The translations under genes and the position numbers were made by a program. From positions 82,375 through 146,374 of the forward strand of contig JBFJOO010000001.1 of the NCBI GenBank assembly GCA_041617635.1: a DNA stretch of 64,000 bases. Reading direction: 5' to 3'. Shown in pieces: positions 7,818 to 21,182 of the stretch. The DNA comes from Burkholderiales bacterium (GTDB lineage Bacteria; Pseudomonadota; Gammaproteobacteria; Burkholderiales; SG8-39). Below the pieces are notes generated by a model. That model was given only the letters and a program-made list of their open reading frames with translations, was not told where the DNA came from and did not search any database. The stretch's first letter is position 1. Each line of letters starts with the position of its first letter.

Positions 7818-8504
7818 CTATGCCGCCGTCGCGGCGCGATCCGCCAGCAGCAGCGCGCGCGCCTGCTCGATGCGCCCGCCCGGAATCGACGGGTCGGCGC
7901 GGCACAGACGCTCGAGCATCGGCCCCTTCTCGGCGCCGGTCACCACCCACAGGACGCGACGCGCGCGATTGAGCGCCGGGTACGTGAGCGTCATGCGCCG
8001 CCGGCCCTGGTAGGGTCCCGCCAGCGCGACGTCCGCGTCGGCGACGTCGAGCGCGGGGTCGCCCGGAACGAGCGACGCTGTATGGCCGTCGGGGCCGAGC
8101 CCGAGATGGACGAGATCGAGCACCGGCGGCGCGCCGGCGATATCGCGAAGCGTGGCGGCGTACCGCGCGACCGCATCGTTCAGGTCGGTGAGCTCGACCG
8201 GCATCGCATGAATCTGATCGGGGCCCAACGGCGCGTGGGCGAGCAGGCTCGCGCGCAGGTGCGTGAGGTTGCGTTCCGGGTCTCCTGCCGGAGCGATGCG
8301 CTCGTCGACCTGCAGCACGTGCACCGCGTTCCAGGGAACGCTCTGATTCGCGAGCTCGCGCAGCATCACCCAAGGGGTACGGCCGCCGCTGACGGCCATA
8401 ATGAAGCGCCCGCGCGCCGCGATTGCCGCGCGGGCGTCGGCCGCGATGACCGCCGCGGCCTCGCGCGCCACCGCATCGGCGTCCGCGAGGACCCGGGTCT
8501 TCAC
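7818..8504 (-). CDS. pgl: 6-phosphogluconolactonase
   Basis: Distal part of ORF 7818..8975: [17 protein letters not shown]...[18 protein letters not shown]...HVLQVDER...[11 protein letters not shown]. The GTG start overlaps the zwf stop (tcac at 8501-8504 = GTGA). Confidence 0.85.
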   Translation of the reverse strand: MKTRVLADADAVAREAAAVIAADARAAIAARGRFIMAVSGGRTPWVMLRELANQSVPWNAVHVLQVDERIAPAGDPERNLTHLRASLLAHAPLGPDQIHAMPVELTDLNDAVARYAATLRDIAGAPPVLDLVHLGLGPDGHTASLVPGDPALDVADADVALAGPYQGRRRMTLTYPALNRARRVLWVVTGAEKGPMLERLCRADPSIPGGRIEQARALLLADRAATAA

Positions 8505-9883
8505 GTGCGCGTCACGACCGGGTTCTGCCAGCCGCCGGGCGGCACCACGGTCGCATCGACTTCGGGGGGACCCCAGGTGTGCGGCGCGTACTCGTGAATC
8601 GGTGTGCCCTGCTTCAGCACCGGGTCCACGATGCGCCATGCTTCCTCGACGTAATCCTCGCGCGCGAAGAGCGTCCGGTCGCCCGCCATCGCGTCGCCCA
8701 GGACGCGCTCGTACGCATCCATCTCGTTCGCGCCGGGGCGTTGACTCGCGATCAGTTCGGTCTGCTGACCGATCATCTTCTCGTCGATGTCCATCGCGGT
8801 GAGTCCGATCGCGGTGGTGACCTCGGGGCTGATGCGAAAGCGGAAGTAGTTGGACTCGGGCTGGCAGGTCGGAAACACGACCGGCGGTCGGCGCAGCCGC
8901 ACCACGAGCTCGGTGCTGGTCACCGGCAGCGACTTGCCCGCGCGAATGTAGAACGGGACGCCCTGCCAGCGCCACGAGCTCACCTCGAGCCGCAGCGCGG
9001 CGAACGTTTCCACCTGCGAATCGGGCGCGACGCCGGGCTCCTTGCGGTAGCCGCGAAACTGGCCGCGCACGACATCCTTCGCCGCGATCGGCGCGATGGC
9101 TTTCAGCACCTTGACCTTCTCGTCGCGGATCGACTCGCTGTCGGTCCGCACCGGCGGCTCCATCGCGAGGTTGGCCAGCACCTGGAAGAGGTGATTCTGG
9201 ATCACGTCACGTATCGTCCCGATCTGATCGTAGAACGCGCCGCGGCCCCGGATTCCGAAGTCCTCGGCCATGGTGATCTGCACGCTCTCGATGTGCTCGC
9301 GGCTCCAGAACGATTCGAGAAAGGCGTTCGCGAAGCGGAAGAACAGCATGTTGTGCACCGGCCGCTTGCCGAGGTAGTGGTCGATGCGGAAGATGTGGTC
9401 CTCGTCGAAGGTGCCGAGCAGGATGCCGTTCAGCTTTTGCGCCGACTCGAGATCGTGACCGAAAGGCTTCTCGACGATGACCCGCGCGCCGCGCGTGCAG
9501 TCGGCTTTCGCAAGCTGCTCGACGACTAGGCCGAATACGCTGGGCGGAATGGCGAGGTAATGCGCCGGGCGCTTGGCCTCCCCCATTTCCCCGCGGATCG
9601 CTGCGAACGTGGCCGCATCGTTGTAGTCGCCGTCCACGTAGCGCAACCGCGCGGTGAGCGCCGCGAACGCTCTCTCGTCGACGCCGCCGCCGTGCTTTTC
9701 CAGGCTGTCGCGCGCGCGCACCTTGAGCTGCTCGAGGTTCCAGCCGGCCTTCGCCACGCCGATCACCGGCACGTTCAGGTGGCCGCGCTTCTGCATGGCC
9801 TGGAGCGCCGGGAAGATCTTCTTGTGGGCCAGGTCGCCGGTGGCGCCGAAGAACACCAGCGCGTCGGAATGGGGTTCGCTCAT
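8501..9883 (-). CDS. zwf: Glucose-6-phosphate dehydrogenase
   Basis: Distal 460 aa of the 838-aa track [41 protein letters not shown] and RIDHYLGK are canonical Zwf motifs. ATG at 9883-9881. Confidence 0.95.
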   Translation of the reverse strand: MSEPHSDALVFFGATGDLAHKKIFPALQAMQKRGHLNVPVIGVAKAGWNLEQLKVRARDSLEKHGGGVDERAFAALTARLRYVDGDYNDAATFAAIRGEMGEAKRPAHYLAIPPSVFGLVVEQLAKADCTRGARVIVEKPFGHDLESAQKLNGILLGTFDEDHIFRIDHYLGKRPVHNMLFFRFANAFLESFWSREHIESVQITMAEDFGIRGRGAFYDQIGTIRDVIQNHLFQVLANLAMEPPVRTDSESIRDEKVKVLKAIAPIAAKDVVRGQFRGYRKEPGVAPDSQVETFAALRLEVSSWRWQGVPFYIRAGKSLPVTSTELVVRLRRPPVVFPTCQPESNYFRFRISPEVTTAIGLTAMDIDEKMIGQQTELIASQRPGANEMDAYERVLGDAMAGDRTLFAREDYVEEAWRIVDPVLKQGTPIHEYAPHTWGPPEVDATVVPPGGWQNPVVTRT

Positions 9884-9945
9884 CGCAGCCTCGTTCTCGC
9901 TCTCTCGGGCGCGGGCCCGTTTCGGGCTCCGGGGTCGCCCCGGGG

Positions 9946-10980
9946 TTACTCGCCCTTCGCTTTCTCCAGGTGACCGCCGAAACCATAGCGCATCGCGGAG
10001 AGCACCTTGTTCTGAAACTCGGCCTCCCCGCGCGAGGCGAATCGCGAATACAGCGCCTCGGTCAGCACCGGTGCCGGCACCGCCTCGTCGATGGCAGCCT
10101 TGATCGTCCAGCGCCCCTCGCCCGAGTCGGAGACGCGCCCGGCGAACTTGGCGAGCGCCGGATCGTCGATGAGCGCCGCCGCGGTCAGGTCCAGCAGCCA
10201 CGACGAGATCACGCTGCCGCGCCGCCACACTTCGGCGATGTCCGGGAGATTGAGGTCGTACTGATAGTGCTCGGGGTCGCGAAGTGGCGTCGTCTCCGCA
10301 TCCATCGCATGCTCCCGCTTGCCGATGTTCGCCGCCTTCAGGATGCCGAGCCCCTCCGCATACGCAGCCATGAGACCGTACTCGATGCCGTTGTGGACCA
10401 TCTTGACGAAGTGGCCGGCGCCGTTCGGCCCGCAGTGGAGATAGCCCTGCTCGGCGGTGCCACCGGCCTTTTCCCGTCCCGCCTTTTCGCGTCCCGGGGT
10501 GCGCGCGATGTCGCCCCGGCCGGGCGCGAGCCGGGCGAAGATCGGATCGAGATGCTTCACCACCGCATCCTCGCCGCCGATCATCATGCAGTAGCCGCGC
10601 TCGAGGCCCCACACGCCGCCGCTCGTGCCGACGTCCACGTAGTGGATCTTCTTCGGCGCGAGCGCTTTCGCGCGCCGGATGTCGTCGACGTAGTAGGAAT
10701 TGCCGCCGTCGATGAGGATGTCGTCCGCCTCGAGGAGCGGCACGAGCTCCTCGACTGTCTTGTCCACGACCGCCGCCGGGACCATGAGCCACACCGCGCG
10801 CGGCTTCTGGAGCTTCTTCACGAAATCCTGGAGCGACGCTGCGCCGACCGCCTGCTCCTTGGCGAGCGCCTCGACCGATTTCGGCGACACGTCGAAGACC
10901 ACGCAATCGTGGCCGCCCTTGATCAGGCGCCGCACCATGTTGGCGCCCATCCGGCCGAGTCCGATCATTCCGAGTTGCAT
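9946..10980 (-). CDS. gnd: 6-phosphogluconate dehydrogenase (decarboxylating, short Gnd-like form)
   Basis: 344-aa ORF: [60 protein letters not shown]. Contains an internal [11 protein letters not shown] micro-duplication. Confidence 0.9.
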   Translation of the reverse strand: MQLGMIGLGRMGANMVRRLIKGGHDCVVFDVSPKSVEALAKEQAVGAASLQDFVKKLQKPRAVWLMVPAAVVDKTVEELVPLLEADDILIDGGNSYYVDDIRRAKALAPKKIHYVDVGTSGGVWGLERGYCMMIGGEDAVVKHLDPIFARLAPGRGDIARTPGREKAGREKAGGTAEQGYLHCGPNGAGHFVKMVHNGIEYGLMAAYAEGLGILKAANIGKREHAMDAETTPLRDPEHYQYDLNLPDIAEVWRRGSVISSWLLDLTAAALIDDPALAKFAGRVSDSGEGRWTIKAAIDEAVPAPVLTEALYSRFASRGEAEFQNKVLSAMRYGFGGHLEKAKGE

Positions 10981-11012
10981 GTGAAGCTCCTTTCCGGGAC
11001 GTTTCTGATCGG

Positions 11013-11036
11013 GTCATCCCCGTGCGGGCGGGGATC
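11013..11036. repeat. Short GC hairpin repeat, family ATCCCCG-loop-CGGGGAT
   Basis: gtcatccccg-tgcggg-cggggatc lies between the pgi stop and the gnd start. Related copies are at 33552-33577 and 42555-42578. Confidence 0.6.
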
Positions 11037-11106
11037 CAGTATTCCGTCGCAGGCCGTCACACTGGATTCCCGCGTCATGACGACTCTGCGCGTTGCGTCG
11101 CGACGG

Positions 11107-12747
11107 TCATGCCTGCCTGAGCTTGCGGTAGCGGCGGATCAGCGCGTTGGTCGAGCTGTCGTGGCCGAGCTTCGGCTCGGTCTTGCTTTCGAGCTCCGGG
11201 ATGATGCGCTGGGCGAGCACCTTGCCGAGCTCGACGCCCCACTGGTCGAACGAGTCGATGTGCCAGATGGCGCCCTGGACGAACACGCTGTGCTCGTAGA
11301 GCGCGACGAGCGAGCCGAGCGCCGCCGGGGTCAGCCGGTCGAGGAAGAGCGTGTTGGAGGGACGGTTGCCCGCGAACGTGCGGTGCGGGACCAGCCAGTC
11401 GGGGGAGCCTTCGGCGCGCACTTCCTCCGGCGTCTTGCCGAACGCGAGCGCCTCACCCTGCGCGAGCACGTTCGCGATCAGGATATCGTGGTGCCGGCCG
11501 AGCGGATTGAGCGCCTGGGCGAAGGCGATGAAGTCGCACGGAATGAGGCGCGTGCCCTGGTGGATGAGTTGATAGAAGGAGTGCTGGCCGTTCGTTCCCG
11601 GCTCGCCCCAATAGACCGGGCTCGTGTCGCAGCCGACCGGCGTGCCGTCGAGCGTGACGTGCTTGCCGTTGCTCTCCATCGTCAGCTGCTGCAGATAGGC
11701 CGGAAAGCGCTTCAGGTATTGCTCGTAGGGCAGGACCGCGACGGTCTGCGCACCGAAGAAATCGTTGTACCAGACCGCCAGAAGGCCCATCAGCGCGGGC
11801 AGGTTGCGCTCGAACGGCGCGGTGCGAAAGTGCTCGTCCATCGCGTGGAAGCCGCCCAGCATGGCGCGGAAATTCTCGGGACCGATCGCGAGCATCGTCG
11901 AGAGGCCGATTGCGGAATCCATTGAGTAGCGTCCGCCGACCCAGTCCCAGAACCCGAACATGTTGGCGGTGTCGATGCCGAATTTCGCGACCTCGGCGGC
12001 GTTGGTCGAGACCGCGACGAAATGCCGGGCGACCGATTTCTCGGCGCCGCCCAGTCTGCCCACGGACCATGCGCGCGCGGTGTGCGCGTTGGTCATGGTC
12101 TCGAGCGTCGTGAACGTCTTGGAGGAGACGATGAACAGCGTCTCCGCCGCGTCGAGATCGTGCGTCGCCTCGGCGAAATCGGTGCCGTCCACGTTGGAGA
12201 CGAACCGGAACGTCATGTCTCGCACGCTGTACGCCCTGAGCGCCTCGTAGGCCATCACGGGCCCGAGGTCCGAGCCCCCGATGCCGATGTTGATGACGTT
12301 GCGAATGCGCTTGCCGGTGTGGCCCTGCCATGCGCCATCCCGCACGCGATTTGCGAACTCGGCCATCCTGTCGAGCACTGCGTGAACCTGCGGCACGACG
12401 TTCTCGCCGTCGACGACGATCGACGCCCCCTTGGGCGCGCGCAGCGCCACGTGCAGGACGGCACGCTGCTCCGAGACGTTGATCTTCTCGCCGCGGAACA
12501 TGGCGTCGATGCGCGCCCGGACGCCGCACTCGTCTGCGAGCCGGGCGAGCAGCTCGATGGTCTCGTCGGTGATGCGATTCTTCGAGTAGTCGAGGCTGAT
12601 CCCCGCCGCCTCGACGGTCATCCGCTCGCCGCGCTGCGCGTCGTCCGCGAACAGCTTGCGAAGATGCAGACCACGCACGGCCGCGTGATGCGCGGCGAGG
12701 GCCTTCCACGCCGCCCGGGTGGTGACGGATCCGGGTGAACCTGCCAT
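11107..12747 (-). CDS. pgi: Glucose-6-phosphate isomerase
   Basis: 546-aa ORF with Pgi family sequence throughout ([36 protein letters not shown]). Confidence 0.95.
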   Translation of the reverse strand: MAGSPGSVTTRAAWKALAAHHAAVRGLHLRKLFADDAQRGERMTVEAAGISLDYSKNRITDETIELLARLADECGVRARIDAMFRGEKINVSEQRAVLHVALRAPKGASIVVDGENVVPQVHAVLDRMAEFANRVRDGAWQGHTGKRIRNVINIGIGGSDLGPVMAYEALRAYSVRDMTFRFVSNVDGTDFAEATHDLDAAETLFIVSSKTFTTLETMTNAHTARAWSVGRLGGAEKSVARHFVAVSTNAAEVAKFGIDTANMFGFWDWVGGRYSMDSAIGLSTMLAIGPENFRAMLGGFHAMDEHFRTAPFERNLPALMGLLAVWYNDFFGAQTVAVLPYEQYLKRFPAYLQQLTMESNGKHVTLDGTPVGCDTSPVYWGEPGTNGQHSFYQLIHQGTRLIPCDFIAFAQALNPLGRHHDILIANVLAQGEALAFGKTPEEVRAEGSPDWLVPHRTFAGNRPSNTLFLDRLTPAALGSLVALYEHSVFVQGAIWHIDSFDQWGVELGKVLAQRIIPELESKTEPKLGHDSSTNALIRRYRKLRQA

Positions 12748-12774
12748 CTTCGTGCTCCCTTCGTACCTTGCAGA

Positions 12775-13860
12775 TCAGCTGGCCGTCTCGAGCGTCGCGC
12801 ACTTCGAGGCGATCACTTCCATCAGCTCGTTCCACGATTTCACGAACGCGGCCGCCCCTTCGTCCTGCAGCCGGGCTGCCAGCGCGTCGACGTCGATTCC
12901 CGCCTTCGCAAAGCTCGCCAGCACGGCTTCGCAATCGCCGCCATCGGGGGACATGGCCGCACCGAGCTCGCCGTGGTCGGCAAAGGCTTTCAGGGTGGGC
13001 TCGGGCATCGTGTTCACGGTCAGCGGTGCAGCAAGCGCGTTGATGTACAGAACGTCCGAGGCCTTGGGGTCTTTCGTTCCCGTGCTCGCCATCAGCAGCC
13101 GTTGCGGGCGGGCGCCCGCATTGAAGGCGCGCTGCGAGCGCGGCGAGCGCAGCATCTCGGCATACGCCTTGTATGCGCGCTGGCCGACGGCGATGCCGAG
13201 CCGGTTGCGCAGCGCGTCCGGCGCCTTGTCCTGCACCGCGGCATCCCAGCGGCTGACGAAGAGCGATGCGACCGAACCGACATGCGGATTGAGTCCCGCG
13301 GCGATGCGGCGCTCGATCCCGCGCATGTAGGCGTCGGCGGCGGCGATGTAGTGCTCGCGCGAGAAGAGCAGCGTCACGTTGATCGGCACCCCCGCGAAGA
13401 TCGCCTCCTCGATGGCGGGAAGACCTTCGCGCGTGCCGGGAATCTTGATGAAGAGGTTGGGTCGCCCCGCCCGGGCGTGCAGGTCCTTGGCCGCGGCAAG
13501 CGTGCTCGCCGTGTCGTGCGCCAGCAGCGGCGAGACTTCGAGTGACACCCAGCCGTCCACGCCCGCGGTGCGCTCCCACACCGGCTTGAACAGATCGGCC
13601 GCACGGGTGAGGTCCTCGAGGGCCAGCTCGAAGAAGAGCGCCTCGCTCGACTTCGACCCCTTGAGCCGCTTCCGGATCGCGGCGTCGTAGCCGCTGCTCT
13701 TCTTGATCGCCAGATTGAAGATCGTCGGATTCGACGTGAGCCCGGTCACCGACAGCTCGTCGATGTAGCGCTTCAGCGTGCCGGAGTCCAGCAGGTCCCG
13801 GGTGATGTTGTCGAGCCAGAGACTCTGGCCCAGGTCGTGCAGTTTTTGTGTCGCTTTCAT
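12775..13860 (-). CDS. tal: Transaldolase
   Basis: Internal ATG of ORF 12775..14043: MKATQKLHDLGQSLWLDNITRDLL..., TGLTSNPTIF, FIKIPGT. Confidence 0.9.
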   Translation of the reverse strand: MKATQKLHDLGQSLWLDNITRDLLDSGTLKRYIDELSVTGLTSNPTIFNLAIKKSSGYDAAIRKRLKGSKSSEALFFELALEDLTRAADLFKPVWERTAGVDGWVSLEVSPLLAHDTASTLAAAKDLHARAGRPNLFIKIPGTREGLPAIEEAIFAGVPINVTLLFSREHYIAAADAYMRGIERRIAAGLNPHVGSVASLFVSRWDAAVQDKAPDALRNRLGIAVGQRAYKAYAEMLRSPRSQRAFNAGARPQRLLMASTGTKDPKASDVLYINALAAPLTVNTMPEPTLKAFADHGELGAAMSPDGGDCEAVLASFAKAGIDVDALAARLQDEGAAAFVKSWNELMEVIASKCATLETAS

Positions 13861-14561
13861 CGTGGCTCCTTTGCGGCTCGCGGCGTGCGTGTGCTGCCCG
13901 CGAGAAAGGTGGGAAGGTCGTAGGCCAGCAGGTCCGCGAGCCGCTCGACCGTGAGATCCGGCGGCGGAAACGAAGCGAGGATGCCGGGGTCGCGCGCGTA
14001 CTGGCCCTGCCTCGGCAGGACGGTGGTCACCCGCTCGCCCCACGTCTCCTTGACCGCGGTCAGGATGCGGAGCTTGTCGTCGACGACGACATAATGCCGG
14101 GCCGGGTAGCGGCGGGCGACGTCGTCCAGCGCCCGTTCTTTGTGGATGTAGATGAGCGCGTTGCCTGCCACGGCGGCGAAGAGGCCGGAGCGCTCGACCT
14201 TGCGCGGCTGGAAGACCACGTCACCGTCCGAGAGGATCACCGTCGGCCCCCAGCCGCAAAATCGCGCGAGAACTTCCAGAGCCCCCGGATAGAGCAGTTC
14301 TGCGAACGGATAGTCGACCATGAACGACGACATCGACAGGAGGTGGATGTCCTGCGGATGCTCGACCCGGTAGCGCTGCAACGCGCCGAGATAGTCGCGG
14401 TAGCCGAGCTCCGTGAAAAGGCGCTCCTGGATCGCCCAGTACCGGTCGCGGCATTCGGCGCCGAATTCGCGCTCGAGATGCCGTCTGATGTCGAGCTGGA
14501 ACGCGTCATTGTCGAGCAGCGTGTTGTCCACGTCGACCAGGAAGACGATGGGCGCGGCCAA
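13857..14561 (-). CDS. HAD-superfamily hydrolase
   Basis: 234 aa. N-terminal FLVDVDNTLLDN (DxDxT motif) and a later VVVDDK. Its stop overlaps the tal start (ATGA at 13857-13860). Confidence 0.7.
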   Translation of the reverse strand: MAAPIVFLVDVDNTLLDNDAFQLDIRRHLEREFGAECRDRYWAIQERLFTELGYRDYLGALQRYRVEHPQDIHLLSMSSFMVDYPFAELLYPGALEVLARFCGWGPTVILSDGDVVFQPRKVERSGLFAAVAGNALIYIHKERALDDVARRYPARHYVVVDDKLRILTAVKETWGERVTTVLPRQGQYARDPGILASFPPPDLTVERLADLLAYDLPTFLAGSTRTPRAAKEPR

Positions 14562-14564
14562 ATG

Positions 14565-15161
14565 TCACTCCACGACGTGGCGCGTGTCGTTCCACAGCCG
14601 GATCACGGGCTGCGACAGCTTGTGCTCGTAACCGAGCACGCTCAGCGCGGCCGTGCCGAGCAGGAAATGCCGGCCCGCCGCCGCTTCCAGTCCGAGCCAG
14701 CGCGCCGCGAGGGTCCGCAGGAAGTGCCCGCTCGAGAAGATCAGCACGGTGCCGGAAACGGCGCGTGCGCGACCCACCACGCGATCCGCACGCGAGCCGA
14801 CCTGCCCGGGTGACTCCCCGCCAGGGCATCCGTCGCGAAACAGCTGCCAGTCCGGCTTCTCCTTGTGAATGTCGACGGTGCGGCGGCCTTCGTACGCGCC
14901 GTAGTTCCACTCGCGGAGATCAGGGTCGATCTCGGCCGTCGCGCCGAACCCGGCCAGCTCGCATGTGCGCGTCGCACGCGCGAGCGGGCTGGTGAAGACT
15001 TTCGCGATAGCGAGGCCGCGCATCCGCTCGCCGAGCCGCCGCGCATTCTGCTCCCCGCGCTCGGTGAGCGGAATGTCGGTCGTTCCGGTGTGCTGGCCGG
15101 AAAGGCTCCAGGCGGTCTCGCCGTGCCGCGCGAGGTAGATGATCGGAAGCGTTTCGCTCAT
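14565..15161 (-). CDS. Histidine phosphatase (phosphoglycerate-mutase-like) family protein
   Basis: 198 aa. LARHGETAWS is the RHGE catalytic motif; a later SSGHFLR is also present. Confidence 0.8.
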   Translation of the reverse strand: MSETLPIIYLARHGETAWSLSGQHTGTTDIPLTERGEQNARRLGERMRGLAIAKVFTSPLARATRTCELAGFGATAEIDPDLREWNYGAYEGRRTVDIHKEKPDWQLFRDGCPGGESPGQVGSRADRVVGRARAVSGTVLIFSSGHFLRTLAARWLGLEAAAGRHFLLGTAALSVLGYEHKLSQPVIRLWNDTRHVVE

Positions 15162-15342
15162 GAATCAGTCGTGCGGAATGCGACGTGCCCGGGCGAGCCG
15201 CCGGCATCTCGAAGTACGCGTCGACGTCCGGAATGGATGACGCTGACGCGGAACGGTCAGTTCTATAAAGTGTACAGCGATCCGCGCTCGCACGACGCCG
15301 GCGGCCGGCGTTTCCAGGCCGAGGAACCCACGAGGAAGATCG

Positions 15343-18045
<2,703 letters not shown>

Positions 18046-18065
18046 CCCGGGGGTGCCGCGTAGCG

Positions 18066-18350
18066 CTAGCCTTCTCCTCGCAATTCGTGAACGCGCTTCA
18101 GGATCACGCTCAGCGCGCGATCGTGAATGCCGCGCTCCTCGAGATGCGCGACGGTCTCTTCCAGGTAGTCGGCGCAGTGCTCGATCGTTCCGGACGCCGA
18201 CGCAATCCGCCGCACGATCTCTTCCCGAGGCAGCCGTCCGGCATAGGTCGGCCGCGATTCGTCGATCGCAAACGCTATGGCGGGGACCAACCCGGTGTCG
18301 ATCCTGACGCGTACCCAGACCGGGCCGCCACGACCGACGGACCCTGCGTA
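18066..18350 (-). pseudogene. ChaC-like (gamma-glutamylcyclotransferase) C-terminal fragment
   Basis: ORF 18066..18425. VWVRVRIDTGLVPAIAFAIDESRPTYAGRLPREEIVRRIASASGTIEHCADYLEETVAHLEERGIHDRAL parallels the C-terminal third of ChaC as I recall E. coli ChaC. The N-terminal catalytic half is missing, and the upstream space is taken by the end of the radical-SAM gene. Confidence 0.45.
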
Positions 18351-18354
18351 CCGT

Positions 18355-20175
18355 TCAAACCCGCTCGACCGCCTTCGCGGGCGAGGTGACGGGCGCCGGG
18401 ACGGCCGTCGGGATCGGCGCAGCACCCGGGCGGGCGGCCGCGCGCTTGCGCAGCTTGTCGACGGCGGTCTGGCCGCCGTGCGTGGATTTGAATATCTCGA
18501 GCTCTTCGTACTCGCCCGGCTTCACCGGCGTCATGGCGGTATCCGTGTAGGGCGTCGGATCCTTCATCACCCGCGCGAGCGTGCGCCGGTAGCGCAGGTA
18601 GATCGGCAGGAAACGCGCGTGCTTGGCCACCATCTCCCAGGCGTAGCGGGCATAGAAGACGAGCGGGTTCTCGAGCGGCAAGCCGTGCCGGCGATCGCGC
18701 CGATACTTGCGGCGCACGATGCCGCCCTCGAGCGGATGGACCTTCTCCAGCAGCGGCGGGACGTGAAAGGAGATCAGCTTCCACATCATGTTCTGCGGGT
18801 CGTAGCCCCACTCCTTCGACCGGCGCAGCACGGTCTCGACGTGCTGTGGCGAATAGTAGAGTTCCCACGCACGACGATAGATTCCGAGCAGCGCCGCGTC
18901 GGACATGACCGCGTGCGGGGTGGTGACGTGGACCACGTCGTACTTGTTCATGTCGCCCTCGAGCTGCGCGCCGGCGAGGAAGAGCTTCTTGTGGTCGGCC
19001 GAGCCGGGCAGCGGAGTGAGGATGAAGAACTCGAGGAGGTCGATCGGGAGCTCGCGCTGAATGATGCCGATGTCGCGCTCGATCGATTCCGGCGTGTCGC
19101 CGGGAAAGCCGAGGATATAGCCGGCATAGGTCAGCGCGCCGACCGCGTGCCATGCCTGGAGCATCGCACGATACTCGGTGATCTGGTTCTGGCCCTTGCG
19201 CGCTTCCTTGAGCGAGTCGGGGTTGATGTTCTCCAGGCCGATGAACACCCGGTTCACGCCGGCGCGCGCGGCCTTCTCGATGAAGCCACGAATCTTGTGG
19301 GTCATCGTGTCGACCTGGGCGACGATACGGATGTTCTGGCCCTCCTCGCGCATCTTGATCAGGCGGTCGAAGATCGATTCCCAGTTCTGGTTGCGCGCCA
19401 GGTTGTCGTCGGTGATGAAGAAATTGTGCACGCCTTGTGCAAGGTTGATGCGCACGATGCGCTCGACGTCGTCGGCGCTACGGGTACGCGACTTGCGGCC
19501 CTGCACGTTGATGATCGTGCAGAAGCTGCAGAGGAACGGGCAGCCCCGCCCCGCATCGAAGCTCGTGCGCATGCCGCCGGTGCGCGCGACGACGTCGCGC
19601 GGCAGATAGGGAGTCGGTGCGCCCTCCAGACCGGGCAGGTCGTTCATGAAATTGTAGAGCGGCGCGAGCGTGCCGCCGTGCGCGGCCTTGAGCAGCTCCT
19701 CGAGCCGGCCTTCGGCCTCGCCGGCGAAAAGCGTGATGCCGAGCGCCATCGCTTCGCGCAGGTCGGCAGGCGTCTCCGGCAGCATCGCCAGGCAGCCGCT
19801 CACGTGGAATCCGCCGATCGCCACCGGTATGCCCGCGGCGATCAACGGGCGCGCGATGTCGACGGCGCGCGGAAACTGGTTGGTCTGCACACCGACGAGC
19901 GCCACCATGCCTTGCCCTCCGGCGGCACGGATCGAATCGATGATGCGCTCGGTCCTGATGCGCGTGTTCGTCTCGTCCCAGGCGGTGATGCGGATCTCGA
20001 CGTCGGGGCCGAGGACGCGTCGATCAGCGCAGTCGAGCGCGAGGCCGTAGAGCGCGGCGAGCGTGTTAGCGGGAATCGAGGACCTCACCCACTGGATGAC
20101 GTAGCCGTCGTCGTCGTAGTGCGAGGGCTTGATGAGATAGAGGTTGAAAACCTGCCGGGTCGCGCTCTCGGCCAT
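18355..20175 (-). CDS. B12-binding-domain radical SAM protein (function unknown)
   Basis: Internal ATG (MAESATRQVFNLYLIKPSHYDDDGY) with AAGGA upstream. N-terminal Rossmann-like B12-binding region (VALVGVQTNQFP...IGGFHVSG). CPFLCSFC is a CxxxCxxC cluster motif. Long helical C-terminus. Confidence 0.75.
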   Translation of the reverse strand: MAESATRQVFNLYLIKPSHYDDDGYVIQWVRSSIPANTLAALYGLALDCADRRVLGPDVEIRITAWDETNTRIRTERIIDSIRAAGGQGMVALVGVQTNQFPRAVDIARPLIAAGIPVAIGGFHVSGCLAMLPETPADLREAMALGITLFAGEAEGRLEELLKAAHGGTLAPLYNFMNDLPGLEGAPTPYLPRDVVARTGGMRTSFDAGRGCPFLCSFCTIINVQGRKSRTRSADDVERIVRINLAQGVHNFFITDDNLARNQNWESIFDRLIKMREEGQNIRIVAQVDTMTHKIRGFIEKAARAGVNRVFIGLENINPDSLKEARKGQNQITEYRAMLQAWHAVGALTYAGYILGFPGDTPESIERDIGIIQRELPIDLLEFFILTPLPGSADHKKLFLAGAQLEGDMNKYDVVHVTTPHAVMSDAALLGIYRRAWELYYSPQHVETVLRRSKEWGYDPQNMMWKLISFHVPPLLEKVHPLEGGIVRRKYRRDRRHGLPLENPLVFYARYAWEMVAKHARFLPIYLRYRRTLARVMKDPTPYTDTAMTPVKPGEYEELEIFKSTHGGQTAVDKLRKRAAARPGAAPIPTAVPAPVTSPAKAVERV

Positions 20176-20384
20176 CGAGATCCTTTTAGGCCGGAGGCCG
20201 GCCAACATACAACCCGACGATGTGCGGGCTGGACACGCAATATCACCAATACCACTGGTGTCACACGCGGAAAGTCCAGCGCGCAACTGGGGGGCATTCT
20301 ACGCGCGTACCGTGCCGGCCGGCATATCATTGAGCGACACAACCCTCATGTAAACGCGGGAATGCGGGTTGCAGGGGAGGCGAA

Positions 20385-21182
20385 ATGAAGCGTCAGTCAA
20401 CCATCCGTTCGGATATCGCGTGGAGCACTCCGGAGCGCATCGGCGTGCTCGGATACGATCTGACGCGCGAGCTCATCGGTCGGATCAACCTGGGTGACAT
20501 GGGGTTTCTCGAAGTCACCGGGCGATTGCCGAATGCCCGCGAGTCGCGGATGTTCAACGCGCTCCTGGTGACGCTCGTCGAGCACGGGATCGTGCCGTCG
20601 ACGCTCGCGACGCGGTTGACCTACACGGGCGCGCCGGAAGCGGTGCAGGCGGCCGTGGCCGCCGGGCTGCTCGGCCTCGGCAGCGTGTTCGTCGGCTCGA
20701 CGGAAGGCGCGGCGCGGATGCTCATCGAAGCGTTGCCGAATCCGCGCGCGCGCGTCGCCCTCCCCGCGCTCGCCGACCGGATCGTCGCTGCGCAGGGCGC
20801 AGCGCGCCGGCCGGTCCCCGGGCTCGGCCATCCGATTCACAAGCCGATCGATCCGCGCGTGCCGCGGCTCTTCGCGCTGGCGCGCGCCAACGGTTTCGGC
20901 GGACCATACATCCGGCTGATGCAACTCGTCGCGCGTCGCGCGGCAAAGACCCATGGCCGAGCGCTCCCGATCAACGCGACGGGCGCAATCGGCGCCATCT
21001 GCTGCGAGATGAAGCTCCCCTGGCAGGTGTGCCGCGGGCTCGGCGTGATGGCGCGTGCCGTGGGGCTGGTCGGTCATGTCCTCGAAGAGAGCCGCCGGCC
21101 CATGGCGCAGGAGATCTGGCACCGGATCGAGCACGAAGCCACGACGCACGCACGTGGCCGACTCCGCCGGAAGAAGCGATGA
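20385..21182 (+). CDS. Citryl-CoA lyase-like protein (short citrate-synthase-family)
   Basis: 265 aa. GLGHPIHKPIDPR resembles the citrate-synthase GHRVYK..DPR motif; INATGAIG is also present. RBS ggggagg upstream. Confidence 0.65.
   Translation: MKRQSTIRSDIAWSTPERIGVLGYDLTRELIGRINLGDMGFLEVTGRLPNARESRMFNALLVTLVEHGIVPSTLATRLTYTGAPEAVQAAVAAGLLGLGSVFVGSTEGAARMLIEALPNPRARVALPALADRIVAAQGAARRPVPGLGHPIHKPIDPRVPRLFALARANGFGGPYIRLMQLVARRAAKTHGRALPINATGAIGAICCEMKLPWQVCRGLGVMARAVGLVGHVLEESRRPMAQEIWHRIEHEATTHARGRLRRKKR

Noticed and set aside
8501-11017. 838-aa ORF that looks like a giant fusion protein
   Set aside because: Only the distal 460 aa (from MSEPHSD) is Zwf. The upstream part is an alternative frame running across the gnd gene, with Arg/Gly-rich nonsense sequence. 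The same artefact explains 31308-33092 (hemD plus out-of-frame hemC) and 7818-8975 (pgl plus out-of-frame zwf).
20230-20270. Palindrome CACCA-N7-TGGTG in the radical-SAM/citryl-CoA-lyase divergent region, as an operator or cobalamin riboswitch
   Set aside because: The arms are only 5 bp. No B12-box (conserved cobalamin riboswitch core) was recognised, and chance occurrence is plausible.
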